Made by a program: the position numbers and the translations under genes. DNA of 62,238 nucleotides, the filler included, from Chiloscyllium plagiosum (Eukaryota), in NCBI RefSeq assembly GCF_004010195.1. It is 4 parts of one record of this genome, joined end to end, with 100 filler letters (N's around TTAATTAATTAA, not from the genome) between each part and the next. Parts side by side here need not be neighbours in the genome. Positions count along the whole stretch, not along the records: positions 27,518 to 43,143 come from NC_057714.1; positions 43,244 to 54,593 come from NC_057714.1; 2 more parts are not named here. One strand, given 5' to 3'. The notes beneath the pieces were generated by a model, which saw only the letters and a program-made list of their open reading frames with translations, made no database searches and had not been told where the DNA came from. Positions 36,296-47,530 of the stretch are shown here, piece by piece; the stretch's first letter is position 1; each line of letters begins with the position of its first letter.

Positions 36296-37040
36296 GTCTA
36301 GAGCAGAGGAGATTTACCAGGATGTTTGTCCAGTCTGGAGCAGGGGAGATTTACTAGGATGTTGCCTGGTCTGGAGCAGAGGAGGTTTCCCAGGATATTT
36401 GTCTAGTCTGTAGCAGAGGAGATTTACCAGGATGTTTGTCCAGTCTGGAGCAGGGGAGATTTACTAGGATGTTGCCTGGTCTGGAGCAGAGGAGGTTTCC
36501 CAGGATATTTGTCTAGTCTGTAGCAGAGGAGATTTACCAGGATGTTTGTCCAGTCTGGAGCAGGGGAGATTTACTAGGATGTTGCCTGGTCTGGAGCAGA
36601 GGAGGTTTCCCAGGATATTTGTCTAGTCTGTAGCAGAGGAGATTTACCAGGATGTTTGTCCAGTCTGGAGCAGGGGAGATTTACTAGGATGTTGCCTGGT
36701 CTGGAGCAGAGGAGGTTTCCCAGGATATTTGTCTAGTCTGTAGCAGAGGAGATTTACCAGGATGTTTGTCCAGTCTGGAGCAGGGGAGATTTACTAGGAT
36801 GTTGCCTGGTCTGGAGCAGAGGAGGTTTCCCAGGATATTTGTCTAGTCTGTAGCAGAGGAGATTTACCAGGATGTTTTTTCTGGTCTGGAGCAGAGGAGA
36901 TTGACCTGGATGTTGTCTGGTCTGAAGCAGAGGAGATGTACCAGGATGTTGCCTGGTCTGGGGCAGGGGAGATTTATCAGGATTTTATCTGGTCTGGAGC
37001 AGAGGGGATTTACCAGGATGTTTATCTAGTCTGGAGCAGA
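36295..37040 (+). repeat. 110-bp higher-order repeat (3 x 36-37-bp monomers) derived from CR1 RT sequence
   Basis: Period 110 (36301, 36411, 36521, 36631, 36741, 36851), then looser monomers; monomer CAGAGGAGATTTACCAGGATGTTGCCTGGTCTGGAG = [12 protein letters not shown]. Confidence 0.9.
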
Positions 37041-37047
37041 AGGCATT

Positions 37048-40000
37048 TAGAGTCATAGAGTTATAGAGATGTAGAGCACGGAAACAGACCCTTCGGTCCA
37101 ACCTGTCCATGCCGACCAGCTATCCCAACACAATCTCGTCCTACCTGCCAGCACCCGGCCCATATCCCTCCAAACCCTTCCTATTCATATACCCATCCAG
37201 ATGCCTTTTAAATGTTGTAATTGTACCAGCCTCCACCACTTCCTCTGGCAGCTCATTCCATACACGCACCACCCTCTGAGTGAAAAGGTTCCCCCTGAGG
37301 TCTCTTTTATATCTTTCCCCTCTCACCCTAAACCTATGCCCTCTAGTTCTGAATTCCCCACCCCAGGGAAAAGACTTTGCCTATTTATCCAATCCATAAC
37401 CCTCATGATTTTATAAACCTCTATAAGGTCACCCCTCAGCCTCCGACGCTTCAGGGAAAACAGCCCCAGCCTATTCAACCTCTCCCCATAGCTCAAATCC
37501 TCCAACCCTGGCAACATCCTTGTAAATCTTTTCTGAACCCTTTNNNNNNNNNNNNNNNNNNNNNNNNNNNNNNNNNNNNNNNNNNNNNNNNNNNNNNNNN
37601 NNNNNNNNNNNNNNNNNNNNNNNNNNNNNNNNNNNNNNNNNNNNNNNNNNNNNNNNNNNNNNNNNNNNNNNNNNNNNNNNNNNNNNNNNNNNNNNNNNNN
37701 NNNNNNNNNNNNNNNNNNNNNNNNNNNNNNNNNNNNNNNNNNNNNNNNNNNNNNNNNNNNNNNNNNNNNNNNNNNNNNNNNNNNNNNNNNNNNNNNNNNN
37801 NNNNNNNNNNNNNNNNNNNNNNNNNNNNNNNNNNNNNNNNNNNNNNNNNNNNNNNNNNNNNNNNNNNNNNNNNNNNNNNNNNNNNNNNNNNNNNNNNNNN
37901 NNNNNNNNNNNNNNNNNNNNNNNNNNNNNNNNNNNNNNNNNNNNNNNNNNNNNNNNNNNNNNNNNNNNNNNNNNNNNNNNNNNNNNNNNNNNNNNNNNNN
38001 NNNNNNNNNNNNNNNNNNNNNNNNNNNNNNNNNNNNNNNNNNNNNNNNNNNNNNNNNNNNNNNNNNNNNNNNNNNNNNNNNNNNNNNNNNNNNNNNNNNN
38101 NNNNNNNNNNNNNNNNNNNNNNNNNNNNNNNNNNNNNNNNNNNNNNNNNNNNNNNNNNNNNNNNNNNNNNNNNNNNNNNNNNNNNNNNNNNNNNNNNNNN
38201 NNNNNNNNNNNNNNNNNNNNNNNNNNNNNNNNNNNNNNNNNNNNNNNNNNNNNTACCTACCAGCCCTTAATTTAAAGCTATGCCCCCTTGTAATACCCGA
38301 CTCAATACGCGGGAGAAGGTTCATACTGTCGGCCCTATCTAACCCCCTAATCATCTTGTACACCTCAATCAAGTCGCCCCTAAACCTTCTTTTCTCTAGT
38401 GAAAACAGCCCCAGGTGCCTCAGTCTTTCCTCATACGATTTTCCTTTCATACCAGGCAACATCCTGGTAAACCTCCTCTGCACCCGTTCCAGTGCCTCCA
38501 CATCCTTCCTATAGTATGGCGACCAAAACTGCACACAATATTCCAGATGCGGCCGTACCAGGGTCTTATACAACTGCATCATGACCTCAGGACTCCGGAA
38601 CTCAATTCCTCTACCAATAAAAGCCAGTACGCCATATGCCTTCCTCACCGCACTATTTACCTGGGTGGCAACTTTCAGAGATCTGTGTACATGGACACCA
38701 AGATCCCTCTGCTCATCCACACTACCAAGTATCCGACCATTAGCCCAGTACCCCATCTTTTTGTTATTCTTCCCAAAGTGAGTCACCTCGCACTTAGCTA
38801 CATTGAATTCCATCTGCCACCTTTCTGCCCAGCTCTGCAGCTTCTCTATATCCTGCTGTAACTTGCCACATGCTTCCTCACTGTCAATAACTCCTCCGAC
38901 TTTCGTATCATCCGCAAACTTGTTCACCCAACCTTCTAACCCCTCCTCCAGTTCATTTATAAAAATGACAAACAGCAATGGTCCTTGCGGAACACCGCTA
39001 GTGACGGCACTCCAAGATGAACCTTTGCCATCAACTACTATCCTCTGTCTTCTTCCAGCCAGCCAACTGCTAATCCAAACCTCCAACTCACCCTCAATGC
39101 CATACCTCTGTATTTTTTGCAGTAGTCTACCATGGGGAACCTTATCAAATGCCTTACTAAAATCCATATACACCACATCTACTGCTTTACCCTCGTCTAC
39201 CTCCTTAGTCACCTTCTCAAAGAATTCAATAAGGTTTGTGAGGCACGACCTGCCCTTCACAAAACCATGCTGACTATCCTTGATCACATTATTTCTATCC
39301 AGATGTTCATAAATCCTATCCCTTACAATTCTCTCTAAGACTTTGCCCACAACAGAAGTGAGACTTTCCGGCCTATAGTTACTAGGGTTATCCCTACTCC
39401 CCTTCTTGAACAAGGGAACCACATTTGCTATCCTCCAGTCTACTGGCACTATTCCTGTAGACAACGAGGACATAAAAATCAAGGCCCTTTTGTCCTTAAT
39501 GTATTTGTAAAAACCCTTTGGATTCTCCTTAACTCTATTTGCCAAAGCTATCTCATGTCCCCTTTTTGCGCTCCTGATTTTCCTTTTAAGTTTTCTCCTA
39601 CTGCCTTTATACTCTTCTAAGGATTCACTCGATCTATCCTGTCTATACCTGATATATGCCTCCTTCTTTTTCTTAACCAAACCCTCAATTTCTTTCATCA
39701 TCCAGCATTCCCTGTACCTACCAGCCTTTCCTTTCACCTCTATCTCTGTTTTAAATAGACTCAAAGAACTGGCCTCCACAGCCTTCTGTGGCAGTGAATT
39801 CCAGAGATTCACCACTCTCTTGCTAAAAAAGGTTCTCCTTATCACTTGTAAAAGGCCTTCCCTTTACTGTAAGGCTGTGCCCTTGGGTCAGTGTCTCTCC
39901 TGCCAATGTAAACATCTTCCCAATGTCCACTCTGTCCAGACCAACCAGTATTCTGTATGTTTCAATTAGATCCCCCTCATCCTTCTAAACTCCATGAGTA

Positions 40001-41040
40001 TAAACCCAGAGTCCTCAAATGTTCCTCATGTGTTAGGCTTTTCATTCCTAGGACCATTCTCCTGAACTTCCTCTGAACACGTTCCAGGGCCAGTACATCC
40101 TTCCTGAGATATGGGACCCAAAACTGCGCACAATACTCCAAATGTGGTCTGACCAGATCCTTATAAAGCCGCAGAAGTACTTCCCCGCGTTTCTTTTCTA
40201 GTCCTCTCGAGATGAATGGCAACATTGTATTTGCTTTCCTAACTTAGCGTGCATGTTTATCTTAAGAGAATCCTGGTGTGGAACTCCTAAGTTTCTTTGT
40301 ACTTCTGAATTTTCTCCCCATTTAGAAAATAGTCCATGCCTCTATTCTTCCAACCAAAGTGCATCACCTCACACTTTCCCACGTTGTCCTCCATCTGCCA
40401 CTTCTTTGCCCACTCTCCTAACCTGTCCAAGTCCTTCTGCAGCCTCCGCATCTCCTCAGTGCTACCTGTCCCTCTACCTACCTTTTTATCATCTGCAAAC
40501 TTAGCCAGAATGCCCTCAGTACCTTCATCTAGATCATTAATGTATAAAGTGAAATGTTGTGGTCCCAACACTGAGCCTTGCGGAACATCACTTGTCACTG
40601 GCTGCCATCCTAAGAAGGACCCTTTTATCCCCACTCTCTGCTTCCTGCCAGAAGGCCAATCCTCTATCCATGCTAGCATGCTAGCATCCATGCTAGCCTC
40701 TGACACCATGGGCCCTTATCTTACTTAGCAGCCTCCTCTGTGGCACCTTATCAAAAGCCTTCTGGAAGTCCAGATGGATAACACCCTTTGGCTCTCCTTG
40801 GTCTAACCCTACTCACTATCTCCTCAAAGAATTCTAGCAGATTTGTCAGGCATGACCTCCCCTTGGTGAAACCATGCTGACTTTTCCCTATTTTACCATG
40901 CACTTCCAAGTATTGAGAAATCTCATCCTTCACAATGGATTCCAGGATCTTACGAATGACTGAGGCCAGGTTAATCGGCCTAACATTTCCCATTTTTTGC
41001 ACTGCTCCCTTCTGAAACAGGGGTTTACATGGTAACCAGC
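37048..41040 (-). mobile_element. Cluster of CR1 copies; open RT reading frame at 38254-39490
   Basis: The 840-aa ORF track entry spans a gap and joins several copies; QHGF, DFSKAFD, GVPQG and FADD motifs are present. Confidence 0.92.
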
Positions 41041-41740
41041 AGGAGGTTTTCTTGTCCATGTTTAACCTAAAGCCATGAGACTTCATGAGGTCTGGAGTCA
41101 ATGTTGAGGACTCCCTGGACAACTCCCTCCCGACTGCATCCCACTGTGCCACCCTCTCTGCTGGGTGTGTCCTGTCAGTGAGACAGGAGATATCCAGGGA
41201 TGGGGATGGTGGGCTCTGGAATATTGACGGTAAGGTATGATTCCATGAGTATAATTATGTCAGACTGTTGCTTGAGTAGTCTGTGAGACAGCTCTCTCAA
41301 TTTTGGAAGGAGGACATTTCTAGGATGACAGGGCTGTTTCTGCCATTATCTTTTCTGTTTTTTGAGGTCGATGCCAGGTGATCCGTCCAGTTTCCTTTCA
41401 TTGAGACTTTGTCACGATTGGTACAACTGAATGGCTTGCTAGGGCATTTCAGAGGGCAATTGAGAGTCACCCATATTGCTGTGGGTCTGGACTCACGTAT
41501 AGGCCAGACCAGGTAAAGATGGCAGCTTCCTTCCCGAAAGGACTTTAGTGAACCAGATGGGTTTTTCAACAATCAACAATGATTTCATGATCATCAGTAG
41601 ATTGTTAATTCCAGATTTGTTTTAATATAAAATTCAAATTCCACGATCTGCTATGGCAGGATTCAAACCCAGGTGTCCAGGATATTATCTGGGTCTCTGA
41701 ATTAATAGTCTAACAATAATACCACTCAGGCATCGCCTAG
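41040..41740 (-). mobile_element. 5'/endonuclease fragment of the second LINE family with SINE-like head
   Basis: Homologous to 22500-22870 and 29230-29540; GGTTTGAATCC B-box-like motif on the - strand. Confidence 0.55.
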
Positions 41741-42149
41741 TGCAGCAGTCCTTCAGTACTGAGCAACTTCTCAATCTCTTCTTTTCTCCATTTAGTTAAA
41801 TCCGTTTGGATTATTTGGAAGGCTTTCATCGACTGTGTCACTGGATAGGTTTTAACAGTTGTCCTTTTGTCCTTCTCCTGTTATGATGTGACCCCAGTAT
41901 GTGTGACAGCTGTGTGTTATTTCAGTTAGCAATAAAATAAAGATCAGAGCTACTGCTGTTTCATTGGGGTAATTTGAATATACTTTGTGCAATGTGACAT
42001 TGTCAGAGAGGAGAGTGAAAGGACTTGCATTGTATGGATTCTAACTCACAGTCAGTGTCAAAGGTAAATATTAGAACTAATATTAGAATATAAATCTCCT
42101 GGTTGAGTTTTCTGAGCAAGGTGCACACTATTATAAGAAACCTGGAATT

Positions 42150-42340
42150 AGAATTCCTACAGTGTGGAAACAGGCCCTTCAGCCCAACCCGACTCTCCAA
42201 AGAGTATATTTTACCTACCCTATATTTACCGCTGACTAATGCCCCTAACCTACGCACTACGGGCAATTTAGTATGGCCAATTAACCTGACCTGCACATCT
42301 TTTGGATTGTGGGAGGGGAGAGCAGAGGAAACCCAGGCAA
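42150..42340 (-). mobile_element. SINE 3' part (5' part probably 43490-43597), interrupted by CR1
   Basis: Reverse complement of the SINE body and tail. Confidence 0.7.
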
Positions 42341-42344
42341 ACTT

Positions 42345-43490
42345 GGATCATGGGGGTATGTTTTGTGGTAAGCATAAATTCTACAAGAGAGACGGTTTGC
42401 ACCTTAATAGGTTAGGGACCAGTAATCTGGCAGGCAGGTTTGCTACTGCAACACAGCTATGTTTAAACTAAGTAGCAGGGGGGAGGGGACAAACTGGATG
42501 TTTAAGAAGGAAATTGAAGGGAAAGTTAGAACAAGGGAAGTCAAGAAAGACAATGGTATCAATGAAGCAGAAAACTCAGAAAGGGATCATGCTGTAAGGT
42601 TGAGTAAAATAGGAGTTGATGGGAAGGGTGAGGGCAGTAAATAATTAAAAATACTATACATGAATGCACGAAGCATTAGAAATAAGATGGATCAGCTTGA
42701 GGCTCATTTGGAAATTGGCAGATAGCATATTGTGGGGATAACTGAGACGTGGCTTCAAGTGGACAGGGCCTGGGAAATGAATATTCAAGGCTATACATGC
42801 TATCGTAAGGACAGATTGACGGCCAGAGGGGGTGGGGTGGCCACATTGGTAAGGGATGACATTCAGTCCCTTGCGCGGGGGGACCTAGAATCAGGGGATG
42901 TAGAGTCAGTGTGGATAGAGCTGAGAAATGCTAAGGGTAAAAAGACTCTCTTGGGAGTTATCTACAGGCCCCCAAACAGTAGTCTGGATGTCGGATGGAA
43001 GTTGAATCAGGAGCTGAAATTGGCCTGTCGCAAAGATGTCACTACATTTGTTATGGAGGATTTTAACGTGCAGGTAGACTGGGAGAATCAGGATGGTATT
43101 GGACCTCAAGAAAGAGACTTTGTGGAGTGCCTCCGAGATGGATNNNNNNNNNNNNNNNNNNNNNNNNNNNNNNNNNNNNNNNNNNNNTTAATTAATTAAN
43201 NNNNNNNNNNNNNNNNNNNNNNNNNNNNNNNNNNNNNNNNNNNGAGAAACTTCTTCATCCAGAGAGTGGTGGCTGTGTGGAATGCTCTTCCCTAGAGGGC
43301 AATGGAGGCCCAGTCTCTGGATTCATTTAAGAAAGAGTTGGATAGAGCTCTCAAGGATAGTGGAATCAAGGGTTATGGAGATAAGGCAGGAACAGGATAC
43401 TGATTAAGGATGATCAGCCATGATTATATTGAATGGTGGTGCAGGCTCGAAGGGCAGAATGGCCTACTCCTGCACCTATTGTCTATTGTC
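42345..43490 (+). mobile_element. CR1 ORF1 end/APE endonuclease region and 3' end (gapped)
   Basis: DGLHLNRLG (SGNH-esterase-like ORF1), YMNARSI, GITETW, GVIYRPP, DFN. Confidence 0.88.
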
Positions 43491-44473
43491 AAACATGGAG
43501 AGATTGTGCAAACTCTACACAGACCGTCGCCCGAGGCTGGAATTGAACCTGGGTCCCTGGTGCTGTGTGGCAGCAGAGCTAACCACTGAGCCACTGGGGA
43601 TGAGAGAACTTGTCTGACTATTTTGAACCCACCCTCTGAATTGCATAAACCTTTCTCCACTTCACTGATCCCAAGGTGACACCCCCAGCCCTCTATCAGC
43701 TCTTCAACAACAGTAGCTGGCATGATCCAAAACTCTTTATGCCACCCTGTGGTAAAACCTTTGGTTCATCAGGATTGTGCTAGTCCTCTGAAAGAGCTAG
43801 CAAATTGACAACATGACCCTCAAATAAAAGCAAAGTATCCTGGATGCTAGAAATCTGAAATAAAACAGAAAATACTGGAGAAACTGAGCAGATCTGGCAG
43901 CATGTGTGGAGAGAAACAGTTAACATTTTGTATCTAATCTGGAATGTCTCCAGCACCTTCCGTAGCCACACATCCCTGCTGTTAAAACACCACCCTGATC
44001 TGTCTCTTCAAACAGTCCCACTCACGTTTGAGAGTTATTCCTGAATCTGCTTCCACCAGGTGTTCAGACAGGGCATTCCATAATATAACACATCGCGTAT
44101 AAACAACTGTCTTCATCACTCTCTCTGGTTCTTTTCACAATAATGGTCAATCTGTGTCCCTCGAACCACAAACAGTCTTGATCAGGAAACTATATTTTCT
44201 TCCTTACTATATCAAAACTTCTGCAAGAATTTCCCAGAACTTTCCCTACTCTGAGGAAAACAATTCTAGCTTCTTCCATTTGGTCTTCCCCTCCACGCCA
44301 TCTCCTTTTGATATCCAACCCAAACTGCAGAAATTAGAATTGGACACAGTTCTCGAGCCTGGAGAAAACCATTGTTTCTTAAAGGTTAAAGCTTTGTAAT
44401 TTTTTAAGGCCTCAGGATATCAAGCTAGGTACATTCCTTTCAATTCCTCATCAATTACCTTGAGGTTTCATTT

Positions 44474-44765
44474 TAGATTAAATTAGATTCCCTACAGTGT
44501 GGAAACAGGTCCTTCGGCCCAACCAGTCCACACCGACCCTCCGAAGAATAACCCACCCAGACCCACTCCTCTCTGACTAATGCACCTAACACTATGGGCA
44601 ATTTAGCATGGCCTGACCTGCACACCTTTGGATTGTGGGAAGAAACCCACCCAGACCCAGGGAGAATGTGCAAACTCCACACAGGCAGTCACCTGAGGCT
44701 GGAATCAAACCTGGGACCCTGATGCTGTGAATTAGCAGTGCTAACCACTGAGCCACCATGCTACC
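44474..44765 (-). mobile_element. tRNA-derived SINE (HE1-like)
   Basis: Reverse-complement A/B boxes and ATCTA tail. Confidence 0.85.
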
Positions 44766-45778
44766 CCACATAATTTTAACATTATGTTTGAAATAAAGAC
44801 CTGAAGAACTGACGTTCCGACAGTGCAACATTCTCTCAACCCTGGATACACCACTTCCCTCTCTCACTGCTGCAGATGTCAGACTGCCTAGGTCTCAGCT
44901 CTGCCCTCTGTAATTGGATCCTTAGCTTCGTCACCCACAGACCCCAATCAGTAAAGATCGACAACAGTACCTCCTCCATGATAATCCTGGCGCCCTACAA
45001 GGATGCGTTCTCAGCCCTTACTATACTCTCTGTAAACTCACGACCATGTGAGCAAACTTCATCCAAGCACCATCTACAAGTTTGCTTCCAACACCACCTT
45101 CCTCGGGCCAGATATCAAACAATGACAAGTCAAAATACAGGAATGTTTGGTGTCATGGTGCAAAGAAGACAATCTCTCCCTCAATGTCAGTGAAACTAAA
45201 GAACTGATCATTGACTTTAGAAAGAAAGGCAGAGGACGTGCCCCCATGTACATCGATGGAGCTGAGGTGGACAGGGTTGAGAACGTCAAGTTCCTAGGAG
45301 TAATGATAACCAACAATTTCCAACTTTTACAGATGTACCATAGAAAACACTCTGTCTGGGTGCAGCACAGCCTGGTCTGGCAACTGCTCTGTCCAGGACC
45401 ATAAGAAACGAAAGGGAGTTGTGAACCCAGCCCAGACCATCACGCAAGCCAAACCCCATCTATGGATTCCATCTACACTTCTCATTGCCACAGAATGGCT
45501 GCCAACATCATCAAAGACCCCTCCCACCCTGGTTATACTCTCTTCCAACCCCTTCTGTCAAACAAAAGATACAGAAGCTTAACACATACACCAACAGGTT
45601 AAGACCAGCTTCTCCCCTGCTGTTATCTCTAACTTCAAATCTAATGTCGCTTTTGTGAACCTCAAAGAACAAAAGAACATAGAAAATTTACAGCCCAGGA
45701 ACAGGCCCTTCGGCCCTCCAAGCCTAAGCCGATCCAAATGTACTGTCTAAACCTGTCAGTCAATTCCTAAGCATCTGT

Positions 45779-47050
45779 AGGAGAAAGTGAGGACTGCAGA
45801 TGCTGGAGATCAGAGCTGAAAATGTGTTGCTGGAAAAGCGCAGCAGGTCAGGCAGCATCCAAGGAACAGGAGAATGCTGAAAATGTGTTGCTGGAAAAGC
45901 GCAGCAGGTCAGGCAGCATCCAAGGAGCAGGAGAATCGACGTTTCGGGCATGAGCCCTTCTTCAGGAATGAGGAGGGTGTGCCAAGCAGGCTAAGATAAA
46001 AGGTAGGGAGGAGGGACTTGTGGTAGGGGCTTTGGAAATGCGATAGGTGGAAGGAGGTTAAGGTGAGGGTGATAGGCCGGAGTGGGGATGGGGGCGGAGA
46101 GGTCAGGAAGAAGATTAGGAAGGTGGTGCTGAGTTCGAGGGATTTGACTGAGACAAGGTGGGGGGAGGGGAAATGAGGAAACTGGAGAAATCTGAGTTCA
46201 TCCCTTGTGGTTGGAGGGTTCCTAGGCGGAAGATGAGGCGTTCTTCCTCCAACCGTCATGTTGCCATGGTCTGGCGATGGAGGAGTCCAAGGACCTGCAT
46301 GTCCTTGGTGGAGTGGGAGGGAGACTTGAAGTGTTGAGCCACGGGGTGGTTGTGTTAGTTGGTCTGGGTGTCCCAGAGGTGTTCTCTGAAATGTTCCGCA
46401 AGTAGGCGGCCTGTCTCCCCAATATAGAGGAGGCCACATCAGGTGCAGCGGATGCAGTAAATGATGTGTGTGGAGGTGCAGGTGAATTTGTGGCGGATAT
46501 GGAAGGATCCCTTGGGGCCTTGGAGGGAAGTAAGAGGGGAGGTGTGGGCGCAAGTTTTGCATTTCTTGAGGTTGCAGAGAAGTGCCGGGAGTGGAGGTTG
46601 GGTTGGTGGGGGGTGTGGACCTGATGAGGAGTCACGGAGGGAGTGGTCTTTTCGGAACGCTGATAGGGGAGGGGAGGGAAATATATCCCTGGTGATGGGG
46701 TCCGTTTGGAGGTGGCGAAAATGACGACAGATGATACGATGTATCTGGAGGTTGGTGGGGTGGTAGGTGAGGACCAGTGGGGTTCTGTCCTACTGGCGAT
46801 TGGAGGGGCGGGGCTCAAGGGCGGAGGAGCGGGAAGTGGAGGAGATGCGTTGGAGGGCATCGTCGATCACGTCTGGGGGGAAATTGCGGTCTTTGAAGAA
46901 GGAGGCCATCTGGGTTGTTCGGTGGTTGGTCCGGGTGTCCCAGAGGTGTCCCAGAGGTCCAATACCGAACAACCCAGATGGCCTCCTTCTTCAAACACCG
47001 CAATTTCACCCCAGACGTGATCGATGATGCTCTCCACCGCATCTCTCCAG
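45779..47050 (-). mobile_element. Penelope-like element 3' part with GIY-YIG domain and 5' fold-back
   Basis: HIIYCIRCT*CGLLYIGETGRLLAEHFREH, MASFFKDRNFPPDVI; partial terminal tandem duplication at 45817-45935. Confidence 0.88.
45933..45969 (-). ncRNA. Minimal hammerhead ribozyme core (Penelope terminus)
   Basis: ATTC-CTGAAGA-A-GGGC-TCAT-GCCC-GAAAC-GTC-GATT. Confidence 0.65.
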
Positions 47051-47340
47051 ACGCCCACCACCCTCTGTGTGAAGTACTTGCCACGTGTATCCCCTTCAAC
47101 TTTTCACCTCTTATCTTGAAAGCGTGACCTCTCATTATTGAATCCTTCACCGTGGGAAAAAGCTTGTGTCTATCCACCCTGTCTATACCCTTCGTGATTT
47201 TGTAAATCTCAATCAGGTTCTCCCCTCAATCTCCTTTTTTCTAATGAAAATAAACCTAACCTACTCACCCTCTCTTCATAGCTAGCACCTTCCATACCAG
47301 GCAACATCCTCGTAAACCTTCTCTGCACCCTCTCCAAAGC

Positions 47341-47530
47341 TGAAAATGTGTTGCTGGAAAAGCGCAGCAGGTCAGACAGCATCAAAGGAGCAGGAGAATC
47401 GACGTTTCGGGCATGAGCCCTTCTTCAGACGTCCATTCTCCTCCTTTGATGCTGCCTGACCTGCTGCGCTTTTCCAGCAACACATTTTTCAGCTCTGATC
47501 TCCAGCATCTGCAGTCCTCACTTTCTCCTA
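47341..47530. mobile_element. Short fold-back Penelope-terminus insertion with ~12-bp TSD
   Basis: Inverted arms; flanked by CCTCTCCAAAGC / CCTCTCTAAAGC; hammerhead core on the - strand at ~47398-47428. Confidence 0.8.

Noticed and set aside
37323..39845. 840-aa ORF as an intact active LINE ORF2
   Set aside because: It spans a ~710-nt gap, joins different CR1 copies, lacks the endonuclease and has internal deletions (e.g. GVPQG lacking SVLG).
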